Notes: generated by a model not told the origin, from the letters alone. A stretch of DNA of 64,000 nucleotides from Bilabrum cf. latius (GCA_965178125.1 OZ237749.1:372001-436000); one strand, 5' to 3'; numbered from the stretch's first letter, positions 36,974 through 51,919 are shown. Numbers and translations: made by a program.

Positions 36974-39900
36974 ATGCCTGGACAAATCAATATCTGTGCC
37001 ATCCTAGACAGTATGAACGCCATTCTATATGGGGCTAGCGGTGCTTGTAGGTTGTTGCAAGCCAAACTGGGAGCAGTATTCGACATGGAGAAATCTGCTC
37101 CCATTTCGGAGGTATCATTGCTTGGTGCATGGCTTCATGGCGGTATTCATCTTGAAGATCTCTCGTTGCACCCGCGTCCGACCGGGATTCAAGGGCTGCG
37201 CGTGAAAGGAGGTAGTTGTGAATCTCTCAAGATTGCTTTATCTGGCAACGTGGAGGTGCGAGGGCTCTGCGTTCGTCTGGATGCCACCGAGCTTGTCTTG
37301 CAGAGCATGCAGCGCGCACCGCGACGCGGATCCTCAGCGAAAGAAGCCATACACAGAATAATCAATGCTTGTATTGTGCAAACTATGGCGCACAATCTGA
37401 TTCACGATGCGATCGGCACTTGCGTAAGTTCTTGATATTGGAGTGCATGGGCAACTGCAACTCGATTGCTGCATTCCGAACCATTGTAATCCCGCTTGCT
37501 GGATGCCTCGCAGTCTAGAGTGGAGGTGCACGAGTTAGAGGTCGTCCTGAGGCTCGTAGGGGATCAAATCGCAACCACCCAGCAGAGTCCGGTAGTATCG
37601 GCTAGGATCAATCATACGACGACTACACAAGCATTTGATACCAAGACAGGGAGTCCCCGTTGCAGAGTTGCAATGCGAGATATACTTGTGACTTGTGGTT
37701 TAGTATGGGCTGGTCCAACATCGTCCCTTCCGGAATCGAAGTCTACTGCCAGCGACTCCTTGCAGCCTGCACCAGCAGGGGGGGATGCATCAGCACCAAG
37801 CATGGCGGGAGGAGAAGGAACCGGTGATGATCAGGCAGCTTCCGGTCAACCTAAAGGCTCTGTAGAACACTGTATCGTTCGGCAAGCTCTGAAGGCGACC
37901 TGCAGGCAGGCGAACATCACGATCACGTCCGCGCTGCACCTTGGATCAACCGCAGAGAGATCACACGATCCATCAACCAGTGTGCCTGATGCTGAGAATC
38001 CGGGAGATGAAACATCACGGTCATCGCATTTGCATTCAAAGCTTGATCCAGCGCCCCTGACAGCTGACATGAACCGAGAGGCACAGGCATCAGCTAGCCA
38101 AGCGTCGCCCCTTTCTGATCGACAGCCAGGTATATCCGTTGAAACTGAATTGCGAGGGGTACGGTTGCTCCTGGGTAACACATCTGATATCGAGGCCTTC
38201 ACGCGCTCGATTTAGAGCAGGCAAGATGTCCCCAGTCATGCTGCTGTCCCTGCTGCTGTCCCTGCCGCTGTCCCTGCTGATCTCCCTGCTGATGTTCCTG
38301 TTGCTGCCCCCGAGGCAATTGAGCCCGCAGATGTCGTAGACCGCGCGGCAGCGCATATTGCGTCTCGACTGCGCGATCCTGCAAGCATTCCTGGCATACA
38401 TTTTGCTATCGAGGTAGTTTCAAAGCTTGCGGCTGATGCCGGCGTCTCTGAGGCAGCGGCACCCAGTGCAGCGCCACGCACTGCAAGTTCAGCCCTCGCA
38501 GACCCTCACACGGACCTGGGGCTATCTTCGTTTGAGTGGTTGACATCGATGCCGTCTGCATAGAGCGATCTGGCGTCCAAGTTGCGCTTATTGAGCCGGA
38601 TCTCTTCGGCCCCACTTCGCACCCTTGCGCAAAAAGGGCTAGGACAATGGAAGCAGGCAATCTCCATGGAAGATGTGGAAGGAACAGCGGATGTCGAGGC
38701 TGTGAGCTTGAATAGGGGGCTTGAAAAGCCTGCCAAAGCCCCTGCATCGGCACGGTCCAGAAGGGGACGCTCATCGAAGCACAGCGGGGCTGCCCCGAGG
38801 GACCCGAATGGCCCTTCTTTAAGCGAGTCATCCATCAGTCGCCGGAAGACAGTGCGGGTTTCGATGCTTTGCAGTCAGGTGGATATTGACGGGAGTATGG
38901 GGTATCGATTTGTTCGGCCTGTCGATCACTTTACTGCTGCAGGTTGCTTGGTGCACTCCACTGCAGCTAGTTTGCGCATCAATGGCAGCAGGACGATTGC
39001 ACGTCGGCTGTCAACAGGTGGTAGGAGTGGAGGGAGTGGCGACGATAGCATCGCGATCATCTGGGATGCATTGGCCGATACCGATGAAGGGGGTTCATTG
39101 GAGGAAGCTGCAACAAGTGGCGCTTCGGAATCGAAATCTGACGAAGTTGGTGTAGACCATGCAACCGTCGGTGGTACCACCGCTGCTGGCAGCGGTCTTG
39201 AATCCGAGCCAGTACATGGGCACCACGTAATCCAGGCATCGGTAGCCCACGAATAGCGCCTATGGATTTGGGCTGCATCGGAAAAACTCGATACGGGGTT
39301 GGGTGCCATGGATGCCTCCTTGGTGATTTGGATACGAGCTTCGGCGGCCTGTATGGATCTGCCATAGTGGTCATACGATGCAATTCCGCCTGCACTGCAC
39401 GCGGTTGAAGCTCTTGCGCTGCCATTATCGCGACTTTTCAAAACCGCGCTCAACGCGACTAGCGACGGTCCAGGGTGGTTACCGCACAGCGCGCCGATTG
39501 CAGTGCGAATTGACGCTGAATGCGGAAACGTCAAGGTACAGGCGCCCCGCCAGGGCACACAGCACCAGCAATACGATGTAACTCTTGCATGTGGACCAAC
39601 GCGGCTAAACGTGCTGTCAGTTCGTCGGCAAAGCGCTGCCCTGTTATGCTCCCAGCAGCTCGTGTCCAATGCGGCAGTCCATACTGAAGCAGGCACAGGC
39701 TCGAGCCCGGCGCACGGCTTGCCCGCAAGCGGTGCAGGAAGCAGCAGTCCAGGCTTGCAGCGGCCAGATAGTTGCAGTTCAGGTCCGAACGATAAGCTGT
39801 CCGCAGCTTTGCTTCGTGATGCGCTGATAGCTGTTGCGTAGGATCAGGTGCTATTTCTAGAGAAACGCAGTGATGAGCTGCCATTTGTTGCAGCTAGTCG

Positions 39901-42900
39901 GCAGGGTGGCGTAGCAAGCCGTAGGCTGCAGGTACCATTGCCTACCATCGCGGTGCACGCTGAGAGCCGCGCGGTTCATGGAGCGATGCAACCTGCCTCC
40001 GGCAGGTCGTCTTGTGCGATTCGAATTCCTAGCTTGGACACTGAGAGAATTGTTATCGCATCGCTTCAGTTCTCTTCTGTGTCTGCAGCAGTTGTAGAGG
40101 TAGACCACCCGAACCATGCATCTAGCCCAGAGGTGCAGGCGACTGCTGGATACGGCTGGGATGGCCCCATGCGGGTGCACCTGACGGGCGTATGCTTTGA
40201 AGTGGGTGGTCTAATTTCTGCATCTCGAGGTCCCGATCCGTTGACACACGGTGCCAGTAGCGGTGCTGTGAAGTAGCCCGAGCTCCCACCAGTGAGTCGT
40301 CCATTCCCAAGGCAGTATTTCTTGGCAAGCTGTGACAAGTTGCACGGTGAGCTCACATCTCCAGCAGCTGCTGTGGTTCTGCGGACCCTCAATACAGCCG
40401 CTGGCACGGCCATCATCGTTCTCGAGTCCAGTCCATCGATGCAAGAGATTGTCACGATAGCCTCGAAGGAGGGGGCTAGGATCACGCAGAGAAGGGGCCG
40501 TCCCGAGAGCCTGGCTTCAAGGAGCCTGGTCTCCTGGCGTCTGGATCAAGCGAACGCGACACTTAGACCAGACTTCGGAGCTAGTCCGAGGAAATAGGCG
40601 AAAGCGATGGGATCGGTGGGTATACAAGGGCTGGCTGCCAATATTGATTTCACAAGTGTCGACTCTGATGCCTAGTTTACGATGAAGCAGCTGCAGGTAC
40701 GTGCTGCCGTGTCCCCGAGACTCGACGCCTCTCGCGCGTGCGGTGTTCTAGACGGGTCGATCGGCCTCGACCTGCGAGCATCTCTCAAGCAGGCTCGGGT
40801 ACCATAGGTGCAGATCGACGCCAGGATACCGTGCGCGGGGCTGCTGCTTGTGCGGGGGTCTCCAACCCGAAAGTCCTTCGTGGATTCGACGACGCGCGGT
40901 CACAATACCGATACGGCTCACAATGGCCGAGATCAACACACATTCGATACGATTTTGTAGCCGATGAACGTTCGCCTACATGCTGATGCTGCACGATAGT
41001 CTCGAGAAGACGGCTCGGAGGTCTGGAGCTGGGCTCACCGCATAAACTTGCCGAATGTGGTCGTCGCTGCTTCGAGCGCGGATGTCGACTACATTCTGCA
41101 GTTGGTTCTATTTGCCCAAATACAGTTGGCGATTCTTCGGTAGTCAGGTACTTAGGCAGCCGAGCGCGTGCACCAGTTCCGCAACCTTATACGAAGTAGG
41201 CTCGGCATTGACTAGTCTGTGAATAGCAGGACATCAGGGAGGATGGTTTCGACGCTGAACGGGTCACGAAGAACAATTGGGCGCGCATTCTAGCAAATGA
41301 TTCGGCCATCCGTTTCTGGCCGGCGCAGCCGACGCAAATCGTTATCGTCTTTTCATGCTGGTGTCATGCGCCGGAGATCGGCGGCACTGTCATCGACCAG
41401 AGCGTAGCGTGGGCAAGTGGCTAGTCGCCTTGTTCCAGCGCATGTTCTAGACCATTCGCGCAAGAATACGATACAATCCGTCGAAGTGCGCACCGGCCAC
41501 GTCCGAATCGCGGTGCACAGCGATGTCACCGCCGTCCGGCCGGCTCTGATCCGGCTGTGGTTAAACAATATCAGGCTCCAATCAGACGGGGAGAGTTCAT
41601 CGCTGGTTGCAGAGGCAGCTGCTAGCTATTTTAATCAGCGGTTGGAGTGCTTTGAGCCATTGATGGAACCGTTCACTTTCAGTGGTCGAGTCAGTTCCCA
41701 GGTGGTACGAGGCACGATCACTGCGCAACGCATCACTGCAGCTGTGTCGACTGAGGATCCCATCAGGTTTGTCGTGTCGCCTTCATTTGTGCGGGTCGTA
41801 ATGACTGCAATAAACGAGACGACAACGATGGCGCGACGAGTTTCCAGGACCTGGAAGCGAGTCAGGAACTCAGCATCGTCAACGTCGGCCTCAGCTCTAG
41901 CAGAGCTTAGGGGTGTCGACCCTAGACGATTGAGCTCAAACTTCGCCAACGTGCACGTGCGCAACTTAGGCAACCAGAATGTTGGCGGCATTCGCCTTCA
42001 CAAGCGCGGTGAAGACAACTAGATGGTCCAGATGGTGGCCGGTAGTACAGTATCCCTGAAGCCAATTGATACGCGTACAACCAGCGATGCGCCATCCAGT
42101 ATCGGTGGTGGCATTGACATGGATTATGGTGTAAACTTCGGCCTCTCAGCGGGTCCAAGCTCCATGTCGTTTGCTGCTCGCGGTTTCCATGGAATCCTGG
42201 AAGGTCTCTTCCGGTACGCAGGCCAGCAGTCCGTGCCGCATGGAGCGGTTAGTCGCCGGATCCGCGATTGCCCCGAGTCGTGGGGAACGACTTCTAGAGA
42301 GACTTCCAGGCTTCAACTGCAGCTTACGCCGATGCACTGGAAGAAGGGGGCCGTACTCGACAGGCGTGATATGCTGGTTCGTCCCGGTTGCGCACCAAAG
42401 TACGACCTCGAGCAGGAGCTTAGACGAGACGCTGAGGGAGCATTCAGCACGGCGCCGCCTGATGCCCGGGCAGCTGTACATGAGTTTGTCCGTAGGTATA
42501 GAGGCTGCTCATGCCAATTCCTTACTACCATGAATGGGATTCTGCAGCGGCAAGACGGCTCTTCTGTCGTGGACGTAGTGCCGTCTGCGTGGCTGTCCAA
42601 CAACCTCTCATCTGCGATTGAGATAGGTACTTGCACAAGCTTGGAGGGGCATGTTCTGGCATAGTACCCCCAACTCGTGAGTTTCTGGCGTGGGCCAGCT
42701 GAACGAGCAATCGTTCAACCCGGATCAACGTTTAAGTTCAAATTTGACTGCGGCTCGCGCCCAGTCGTTTGGTTTCGGTTTGCGGACTCGGCCGGTACAA
42801 CAGCTGCTGCGAATCGTGTAGATTCTCCTGCGGTAGCTGTGGAAGCAGCTGAAGCCGTGGTGCCAGGCGTATCTACAGCTGCGTAGCCTCCGAGCCAATT

Positions 42901-45900
42901 GCCAGAGCAATCGCCGTGGATGTGTTTATTTGTTGACGTGTCGATGCACGGTAGCCCCGCGAGCTCGAAGCGGGCAGCGAGATGTCTTTTGTCACCGCAC
43001 ATGAACAACGCGGATGCGCTGGAATCCCGTGACATTCAAAACGCAGAACAGATGCTAGAACGGTGTGTCTAGAAGGACTCTGCGGTATTTTCTCGTTCCT
43101 TGCAGCAGCAATGGCAAGAGGCTATTGCTGATGTGCATAGGTCCATGTCCAGTTTCGGCGGAGCTCTTGATCTCGAATAGGTTGCTGGTGCCCTTGAGCA
43201 CCCGGGTGGCCCTGCAAAGAATCGGTCGCTTCACTTTGTGTGCGCTGGACACGCACGAGCAGAGGCTGGGAGACTCCAGAGGCACAGTGCGCAAGCAAGT
43301 GCCTTCCCGAGAAACTTCCTGATGACTGCTAGAGCGGTGTCTTTGAACCCGTAGCATGCTCCAGCTCTGCAGTCTGATCTTGCTGCAGGTATGAATTCTC
43401 AGAAACTGTACGCAGATTCCATTGAACTGGTGCTGGAGCCATCCGTTGTGATAGTAAACGAGCTGCCTCGAGCTGTCTCGCTGTCCGTGTCCGCCACAAA
43501 CGCACTCGATCACGCCTCAGCGTCGCTGGTGGCACAGCTCAACCGTAGAGGCGCCATGGAGGCCCCAAAGCCAGATGTGCACGTACTGTAGGCAACAGTC
43601 GGAGCAGGAGGAGAATTTGGAATCGCCGGTCTGCTCGACAAGGTCAGGTGCTTGCCACCGCCACTAGTGTACGGCAGCTAGCTACAGCAGCCAGCAGATA
43701 ATGCGAGTGGTAGCTGGGGAGCGAGTCATCTCGGGCAAGAATCACCGTACCAAGGCATGTCAAGATCTGGCGCACGAGACGTGTTTCGCAGCATGTATCC
43801 CCTATCAGAGTCTAGCACCGTGATTCAGCTAGCGGGCGTGCGGCCAGGGTCTCACCCAGCACAGCAGGCGGCCATCACGCAGTCGCTTCGATTCACTCGT
43901 CAAGATATCCTGGGAAGCTTGGCGGTGTCAGAAGCACTGTATTCGTACTTGCAGCACCTGTTCTAGTCTCATCCCGATGGTGAGGCCGGGGAGCTAGAGC
44001 AGGGCAGCCGGCCATCGCTTCTACAACGGATTTTAGCCGGTGGTATTGCAGCCTACCGTGAGTTCACCACGAAACGAGAGGATTACAGCCACGTTGAGTC
44101 GTTAATGCTGGCAATTCGGTCCCGGAAACCACTAAGCCAGCTCAGCCTGCAGGTGCGATTCCCTAGCAGCCCCGTTGGCTACCATTTGGTTGACGAGCTG
44201 TTCCGCCCTTTGCCGTTCAAGCTAGTGTGCAGGCGAAGGCGTAGGTATAGAGGTGCGCAATTTAGGCCAACAATGCCGGTATCTTGGCGTGGTACCGCAT
44301 TAGAGACTGACTCTGACGTCTGCAGCACTACTGCGATCGTTCTAGCATCTGAGGTGCAGCTACAGAACCTAGGCAGCATTCAGCTCGTCTTCTCAACACT
44401 GTTCCATGAATAGCCCCGTGCGGTGCCAGCTCCAGCTGTGGCTGCGGGACAGAGCTGCATCACCAAGCTCTAGATGTATGAGTATGAAGAGAGAGAGGGT
44501 GTGCTAGAAGCAAAGTACAAGAAGATTGGGTGGGGCGTTGAGGGTGGGCCCATCCTTCCTAGTCTTTCGCCAGCGCTCGTCAGAGATCGTCTTATTTCCT
44601 TTGGTACGCACGATAAGGACGGTGATGTTTCGGATGACAACGATCACAACAATGGCAAGCAAGCCGGCCCAGGGGCTGCAGGTCTATCGACATCCGGTAT
44701 TGGGCTTCCAGGAGGGACGCGTCGGGCAGTTGTAGATACCACGCCCAGCAGTTCCGACATTAGCAGCAGCCGGTTGCCGTGGATTGTAGAGGATGCCTGG
44801 CAGACTTCACGCTCACTTGAGCTGTCTAGCTCATCTGTGTTTCAACCAACTAGCTTCGTATCTGAAGCAAATTGGAGAGGCCCGGCTAGAATCATGTTTC
44901 GTCGACGTGCAAATAGCCTAACTGTCTTGCCAGCCAGGCAGTCTGGCCGGCCAAGTGGTCTAGTGGCTCTAGGCAGCGCTAGAAATGACAAGGAGCTGGA
45001 GGAATATCGTCGCAAGATGATTGGCATGCCGACGGAGCAACAGCAGTATCACGTTTTAGAAGGACCCCCCGCTGGCCTGTGTCTCTGTATTGGGCACGCC
45101 CATGCCATTGCAGAGGGACGCCAAGGCACTGGCCCATCGAGTGGGGCGGGCGCTGCAGGTGGCTCCCCAGATAAAGCCAAGGCATCACCACAGTCAGCAG
45201 GGGGACAAGTGTGGGCTGCAAAGGTCCGTCTTGCTGATCTCGTTAAAGGGCCCATGCTGGTTGCACTTGGCGGGCCTGGGAGTGTCGCTGAGGCGGCTGG
45301 CACACACGTGTGCATGGCAATGGTGCCCGGCGGTATCGCTCAACGTATCATTCTTGAGTCGACCACTAGCAACGAAGAAGTTGATCCCACAGTCACGACA
45401 GTGAGTGCATCAGGTGGGTCTAGCGGCAGGGTCTCAGTGAAGACGTGGCGCCGTGCCGCGGCTACTCCATCCACTGCCGTTGTGCTCGTAGCGCCACCCA
45501 TCTTACTGAAGAATGCAACAAATTTTTCCCTGCGAGTGAGGCTTATTGCAACGAAAAGCGAAGATGCACACCATCAGAACTCTTCTGCTCCTCGTCGGAC
45601 CCGCGGTCCGACCGCCCGAGTGTAGCCAAAGCAGCGCGTTTCTGTTTATTCATTGCCTAATGGACCACGGAGCGAAGTTGCGGCCGTGGTATAGCTGCTT
45701 GATCCAGTTACAGGCACGCCTGTATCTTTTGAGTCGCCAAATCTGCTATTGAACGGGAATCGATCGGTCGAGGCTCGGGTGGCTTTGTCGGGCGTGAGTG
45801 GGGGTCACCTGCATAGGCACAACGGTGCAATCCTGCAGATGGAACTCACCTAGGATGATGTGCTCGGGACGTGCACATTGGTTCTTAAAACCGTGATCGG

Positions 45901-48900
45901 GCTTGCAGAACCCATGAGTATGATTCTTCGGCAGGCTCCGTCAGAGTTCACCGTTGCAAGGCGCGAGGACAGCGATGCGCAGCAGCCAACAACTGTTCCA
46001 AGAAAGCCTAAATGCGAGATCGTGAACCAGACGTAGTCGTGGTTTCTTGTGTGCGCAGTGCGCCATGCAGCCGTGCCTTCAGCCAGACACAAGACGGTAG
46101 GAACGGATGGGACCAATGCATAGCAATGGCTGCAGCCGTGCTCCATGGTTGGAAGACCTGTTTTTGTCCCGCCGGCTGGCAGCATCCCTTTCGGTTGGGA
46201 TTCTCTGGACCCGCTCAACATGAGCGCTGTGCTTGTTGTGCCCGTGCTTCGCTCTACAGGCTCAGAGAGTGAGAACGATGGAGACGATGCACCCGTCAAA
46301 ATGGTAAGTGTGTTTCCACCGGACGTTCGCAAGGTCGCTCTGCCTTTTCGAAGCTTAGTGGTCGATGCATCAAGCGTTCCTGAACGAGCGTGCGTCATCG
46401 AGAACGAGTCCGTTTTGCTGTGGCCGGATGGTGCCGGCACAGATGCAAAGTGTTCAGCAGTTCCTGTATGGGTTACATTGCGAAGGCAAGACGCATGGAC
46501 GGCATCCACAGATGACGCAGTGAGCAAAACCAGCGTTGCGATGGATGCTATTGGTGCAAACACAAGTGAGCCAGCTAACGGTGCTAGCACCAGTGAGCCA
46601 GCTAGCACCAGTGAGCCAGCTAGCACCAGTGAGCCAACTAGCGGTGCTAGCACCAGTGAGCCAGCTAGCACCAGTGAGCCAGCTAGCGGTGAGGATGGGT
46701 CAGCTGCAAGTATTTAGGCCCTCGGGGGTTTGGCAGACAGGGTAAGGAAAGCCTATCGCACTGCAGACACGCAACCTCTTAGCGTGGGTGAGTTGGTTCG
46801 GATTTGTTTCGAAGATCCCATCACTGGCCAGACGTTGGTACTGGCCAGTGGTCCTGGATCACAGGCACGTGCAAACGAATCAGCCTCGGCACCAACTGCC
46901 GCAATGGGAGAGAAGTTCAGCTCTACTGGTGCAGACTCGGCCGTTGGAGTGCGTGATGCTGCGATGCAGTGCATGTGGTAGTCTGCTGGTGGATTGAACA
47001 GCAACATGCATGGTTTAGGTTCAACTCCAGGTAACGATAAAGTATTGCCTCTTGAGGGTGGCAAAAAGGAGCATCCAGTTGTTGATCTGTCAGCAAGCAA
47101 AATAGCTGCCGGGTAGGAGACGGGTGCTGCTGATGGCGCACCCCGCCCGGCGACACTGCCCCAGGGCACTGTACTCGAGTTTGAGCTGAGGCCAGTTGAA
47201 GCTGGCGGTAAGTTGCCCAGAGTGTCTGCAGTCCGCAAAGAGCTGGAAGACTCAAGACTTGGCCTTTGGTGCACCTCGAAGCCGGGTTGGCTGCACGCAC
47301 GTCCAGACGGCTCGCTGCTTGTGTCTGGTTCTACTAGCGACGGACGAGATAGCGAATCACCTGTTACAGTATTGGTTCATTCTAAGCTCCGGTCTTTCCT
47401 ATAGGATGCAAGACCCTCCGGGCAGTCTGCAGCTGCCGATTTTGGGCCAGCTTCAGAAGATACTACCGATACGACTGACCTACCGACTGAAGAAGCAGCG
47501 ACAGCCTCAGGAGTTGTGACGCGCGTCACCAGCGAGTTTGCACTGTGTCGTCGGCCCCGGGTTCGCACATTTGCCAGAAAGGCTGAGGTGTTCTGCGTGA
47601 CCGATGGGGGTCGCACCCAAGTAGTCATCCGAGGTACCGGCACAGACATGTCAAGCTCCAGGAAGGAGATGAAGAGGCACCGGGCAGCAAGCAGTACCGT
47701 ACGATCAGCGAGCGTTGACAGAAGACACCGAAAGAGGAGAAGTAGAGCAACGGGAGGCGATGAATCAAAAGAGTAGCCACGTCTGCCTTGGTTGCCACCT
47801 GTCCTGCAGCTCTAGCTGCCATGGGTTGATACGACGATTTGCGGGACTCAAGGGCGAGAACAGCTAGCAATACATGCGATGGGCGTAAATTTATCGATTG
47901 TTGGGGGAGCGCGACCCACCAGTGCTGTTCCTGTCCCTTTTTGGAACTTGCTTAGCATTGCCCTTGACGTGGATCACTTGCAAGTCGACCACACGGCGCC
48001 CATTGAATCAAAGCTGGGCGGATTTCCTGTTCTACGGAGAGACTCGAAGCTGTTCGAGTAGCGTTCGGATCCCGTGCGAGGAGGACCCGTTCCCGACCTG
48101 CGTATTGTAGTCGGTATGCCAGTGGGACCGGGCAGCCGAACAACAGCAGGTGAGAGTAGGATTTCCAACATCACCGTGGGTCTGGCTCCCATGCAACTCA
48201 TGCTGAAGCTGTCGACGATGTCTTCATTCATTGGATGGTGGAAGGAGGCCAGTGGGCAAGTTGATGCGAGTCCGGAGGAGCAGAACCAGCCTGGTATCAT
48301 GCAGGGGGGGTTGCACGGTGGAAGCAGCACCAGATCCCCACAGCGTCTCAGAGCGCGGTTTCCACTGCAAAACGGCACTATGAGCGTGGAAGAAGAGGAA
48401 GTTATGCTTCAAGCAAGCCAGGATCGCAACTTGGCAGGCAATAATGTCCACTATAGCGCACAGTCTCCCGGCAGAGCAACCGCGTCGTTGTTCTAGCGCA
48501 CTGTGGTAGAGAACTTTTCTTTGCTTCCCGTGGAGCTGGTCGCATCCGTGCGACTAGCTGACCTGGATCCAGGGGCTTCAGGTGCTGCTCAAGCGCATGT
48601 ATTGCAGGCAATGGGCCTCCCTGCGTTGAACACCCTCGCTCAGCTGACGAACATTTCCAATTGTGCCATTCGCATCGACGGGCTGGATATGCGCAAGACA
48701 AGGAGGAGTCTATCGGACCTGCGGCAGATTCTTCATGCGCATTTGTACGGGCACGGGCTATCCATCCTTGCCAGAACGCTCCTATCTGTAGATGTATTCG
48801 GAAATTGGTAGGACAGCGTGAATCGGGCCGCAGGTGGACTCTAGAGAACATACCGTACATTCGGTGACCTTCGAGAAAATGGCAGGATATATAATCCCAT

Positions 48901-51900
48901 TGCTGTTGCTGCTGCCGCCCTTTACAGCGCATCCCAGATTTCTGGCTCGCTAATCGCTAACGTTTCCGGATCCGTCGCAACATCGATGGACACCGTCAGC
49001 GCTGGGGTGTCTCACTTGGCTGTTGATAGGGACTATCTGGAAGAGAGGGCGCACGTGGCGGGGAGCAAGTCCAATTCAAGCGCAGTCGATGACCTGTCCG
49101 CTGTGGCTGGTGAAATTGCTGGGGGCTTTGTGGGTGGGCTGATGTCGGTGCCACAGCAGACTGGTGCTGGTTTCCGAAGCGGCGGATTCGCTGGCGCTAG
49201 TGTAGGCTTCCTGACGGGCTCGCTGGGCACTCTGGTAAAGCCAACGGTTGGCTTGATTTCCGGGGGCGCAAGGTTGTTTTCAGGCGTCACGAAACTCCTT
49301 GATTCCCAGCTAGCACCAGAGGTGACCACTCGTGGTATCGTGCTCCCGAATTCGTGTGGAATACTGCTGACGAATCCCTCGCAATATGGAGGCAGTCCAA
49401 ACCGCATAGCGGATGCATCCGGTGCGGCCGAATCTCGCCCACCTGCGTCTGGTGCAGGCGGGAGAGACGATCGCGGCATCAGTGCAAGTCGCCAAGCATC
49501 GAGCAGCGATAAGTCAAGCGAAGCCGACGCCAAGGCACGAGAGCAGAGGGACACAGTCCGATATCGCAGAATAGGATGGGGTCCAGGTCATGCCGTGGTG
49601 CCCATTCGCGCCGACCACGCACTCCTTCGACTAATACTAGGAAGCTTGCGAGATGCCAACGGATCGGCACGCACAACCCAGGTGTCTAGGGATGGACCAG
49701 CCAGCCCCCCTGCGCGAGCTTTGGAGGGCAGGCGATCCTGGCTGTCCTCGGTAGGTTGCTCCCTTTCTCCGGGTGGACAGGCTGTCGTAGACTCGCCACC
49801 GACGCTGCATCGCAACGAAAGGTATGTTTCGCACTTTGTGTGGCCGACTGTAAGTTTCTCTTCACTGCTGGATGGTCTCCCCGGAGCAGGCAAAGGCAGG
49901 CACGTGCTGCAGCTTGATCGCAGCAACGACAGGCTAAGCATGAGCGTCATGCTTGTCACTACAGATCGAATCATGCGAGTTCGAATCGACCTCGATATGT
50001 GTTACAATGGCAGCAGCATGTACATTCCGTACGAAGCTGTGGCGGATATGAACATTGACAAGGTGCTGATCGCCTTGCAGCTGATTGCAGGCGCATCACC
50101 AGAGGGTTGGGACCGCGTGCTACACGGCGCCTCTGTGGAGTTTGAATGGACAGTGGACCTGGCTGGAGATGTAGCGCAGGGTCGGCACAGACACGAAGAA
50201 GAGACGCGGCTGCAGCAGGTGTCTGAAGACGTGAACCTGGCCATTGAGGCCATACTTGGGTCTGACCTCGAGGCGCAGACAGCGCGGGGTTCCATGATCT
50301 ACCGCGCTTTCCACTCATTCTTTTGTCAGATCGGCGGCACGCCATCCAACAAGGTTGGTGACTTGCCGGGTCTTGGAAAGCCGCCAGCAGCCGAACGAGT
50401 CTCCAGCACTGGATCAACACCAGCTAGCGGCTCCAGCGGCGCCGCGGCGGCCGCTGCTCCAAGCATAGCTGGTATTGCACGGCGGCCGCAGCTGAGTATG
50501 GATGACCTCATGCGACCTGTGGCCTCGAGGCCCGTGCCACAGGCCAGCATGCGGTGCGATTTTTCGGCTGATGCTGCGAGGCTACTTACGCAGCATTCCA
50601 ATCGCGCGATCCGAGCAGTGGAGGAGATCACCGGGGCCCGCATCGAAGTGCTCCCTGCGAATGACCTCGACGGTCGGGGCCCTAGAACTGTTGTCATCAG
50701 CTCGGAAAGCGTTGATATGTCAGAAGCTGCCAGGGACGCCCTGTATTCGAAAGTCGGCGCCTTGCGGGCTGCTATCGATGCCGGCGAGGAGACAGAGTCC
50801 GCCTACACTCGCATTCTGCCTGGGCCTGGCGGGGCACTGACGACGGAGGAGGAGGATGAGGATGTCGCCGCAGCTAGTTGTGCTACTTCTTAGAGTATTG
50901 CTGGACAGGGTCTGGGATACGGGGCTGCCAGTACCGCTAGACTGGCGACCAGCAGTACGTCTGTAGCAGGGTTGCAGGCTATGAGGCTGTTCTCAGCGAC
51001 TGGGGGCTTTGCTGCTGGTGCTATACCAGAGGTAAGCGAACCATCGTTGTCTCCCCGCATCAGGCGCAGTGCTGGGGAACCAGCCGTTGCTTTACTAGCG
51101 TACAGGCCGCTGTTCCACCCCTGGGCTGTAATCGGTCTGAGCCTTTCGTTTGAGCGAAAGTTTCGAGCGTGGCAACGCCAGGCAGATGCACTGAGGCGGC
51201 AATTGGAGGCGCTGCGGCGCTCTCGGTAGGCCTCTGGTGTGACCAGTACGAGCGGTGCTGGCGGTGCGCTTGCTAGCTCAGGCATCAGCGGTGAGGGTGG
51301 TGACGCCTCAGGTCATGGGTCGGGCCTTGATCCCATGCGGCCCTGGCTTCGATTAGTCGACGCAGAAGAGTGCGACCTGTTGCAGCTAGCGGCTGCGGAG
51401 GTTGCGACCGGTGAGGACGTAAAGGTAAGAGGGAAGGAGCCCAGGGGCATGATGCCGCTTAGCACGTTCGAGGCTCTTGCTACGGCGGACCTCTCCGAGC
51501 CTGTCGCTTGCTTGCAGGCCATGGATTGTCGGCTGCATCCTGCTGCAAACAACGTCTTGTTCCACGCCGCGTACCGCCGCGCCATCGTGCGATGCACCGA
51601 GGCACACGATTCTGTAAGGATGGTACAGAGTGGTGCTGGTTCTGGTGCTGCTGGTGGTGCCCCTGCACGCGACATATTCGAAGAGGAAGGCATTCGACAG
51701 AACCTTGTCTCTTTTCTTTTGCTACTCGCGAGGCCCTCCCGCTTGCTCGAATGCATATTTTTCGCTCGAGCGACCGTAGCTCGGGAGAGCCTAGCTGATG
51801 AGTACCGCACCTCGGGGCACGATGAGGTCGACGCAGGCATACGAGAGCTGCACGATTCATTGCGGAGGGGGCTCGGGACGATTTTTGCTGTGCTTGAATT

Positions 51901-51919
51901 CGTTAAGTCTGAAGCGTGA
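36974..51919 (+). CDS. VPS13: VPS13-family bridge-like lipid transfer protein, about 4950 aa (intron 37424..37513)
   Basis: Chorein-N-like start (LLQAKLGAVFD..WLHGGIHLEDLSL..LRVKGG), ASYFNQRLECFEPLMEPF, VAB-like PILLKNATNFSL and PSVVIVNELP, FGWDS, and ATG_C-like GF..GSLGTLVKPTVGL. The 14.4-kb second exon is open in one frame apart from about 45 TAGs. Ends at TGA. The start may instead be 37013. Confidence 0.88.
46560..46690 (+). repeat. 18-bp coding tandem repeat GCTAGCACCAGTGAGCCA (ASTSEP, about 6 copies) in VPS13
   Basis: Directly visible. Confidence 0.9.
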
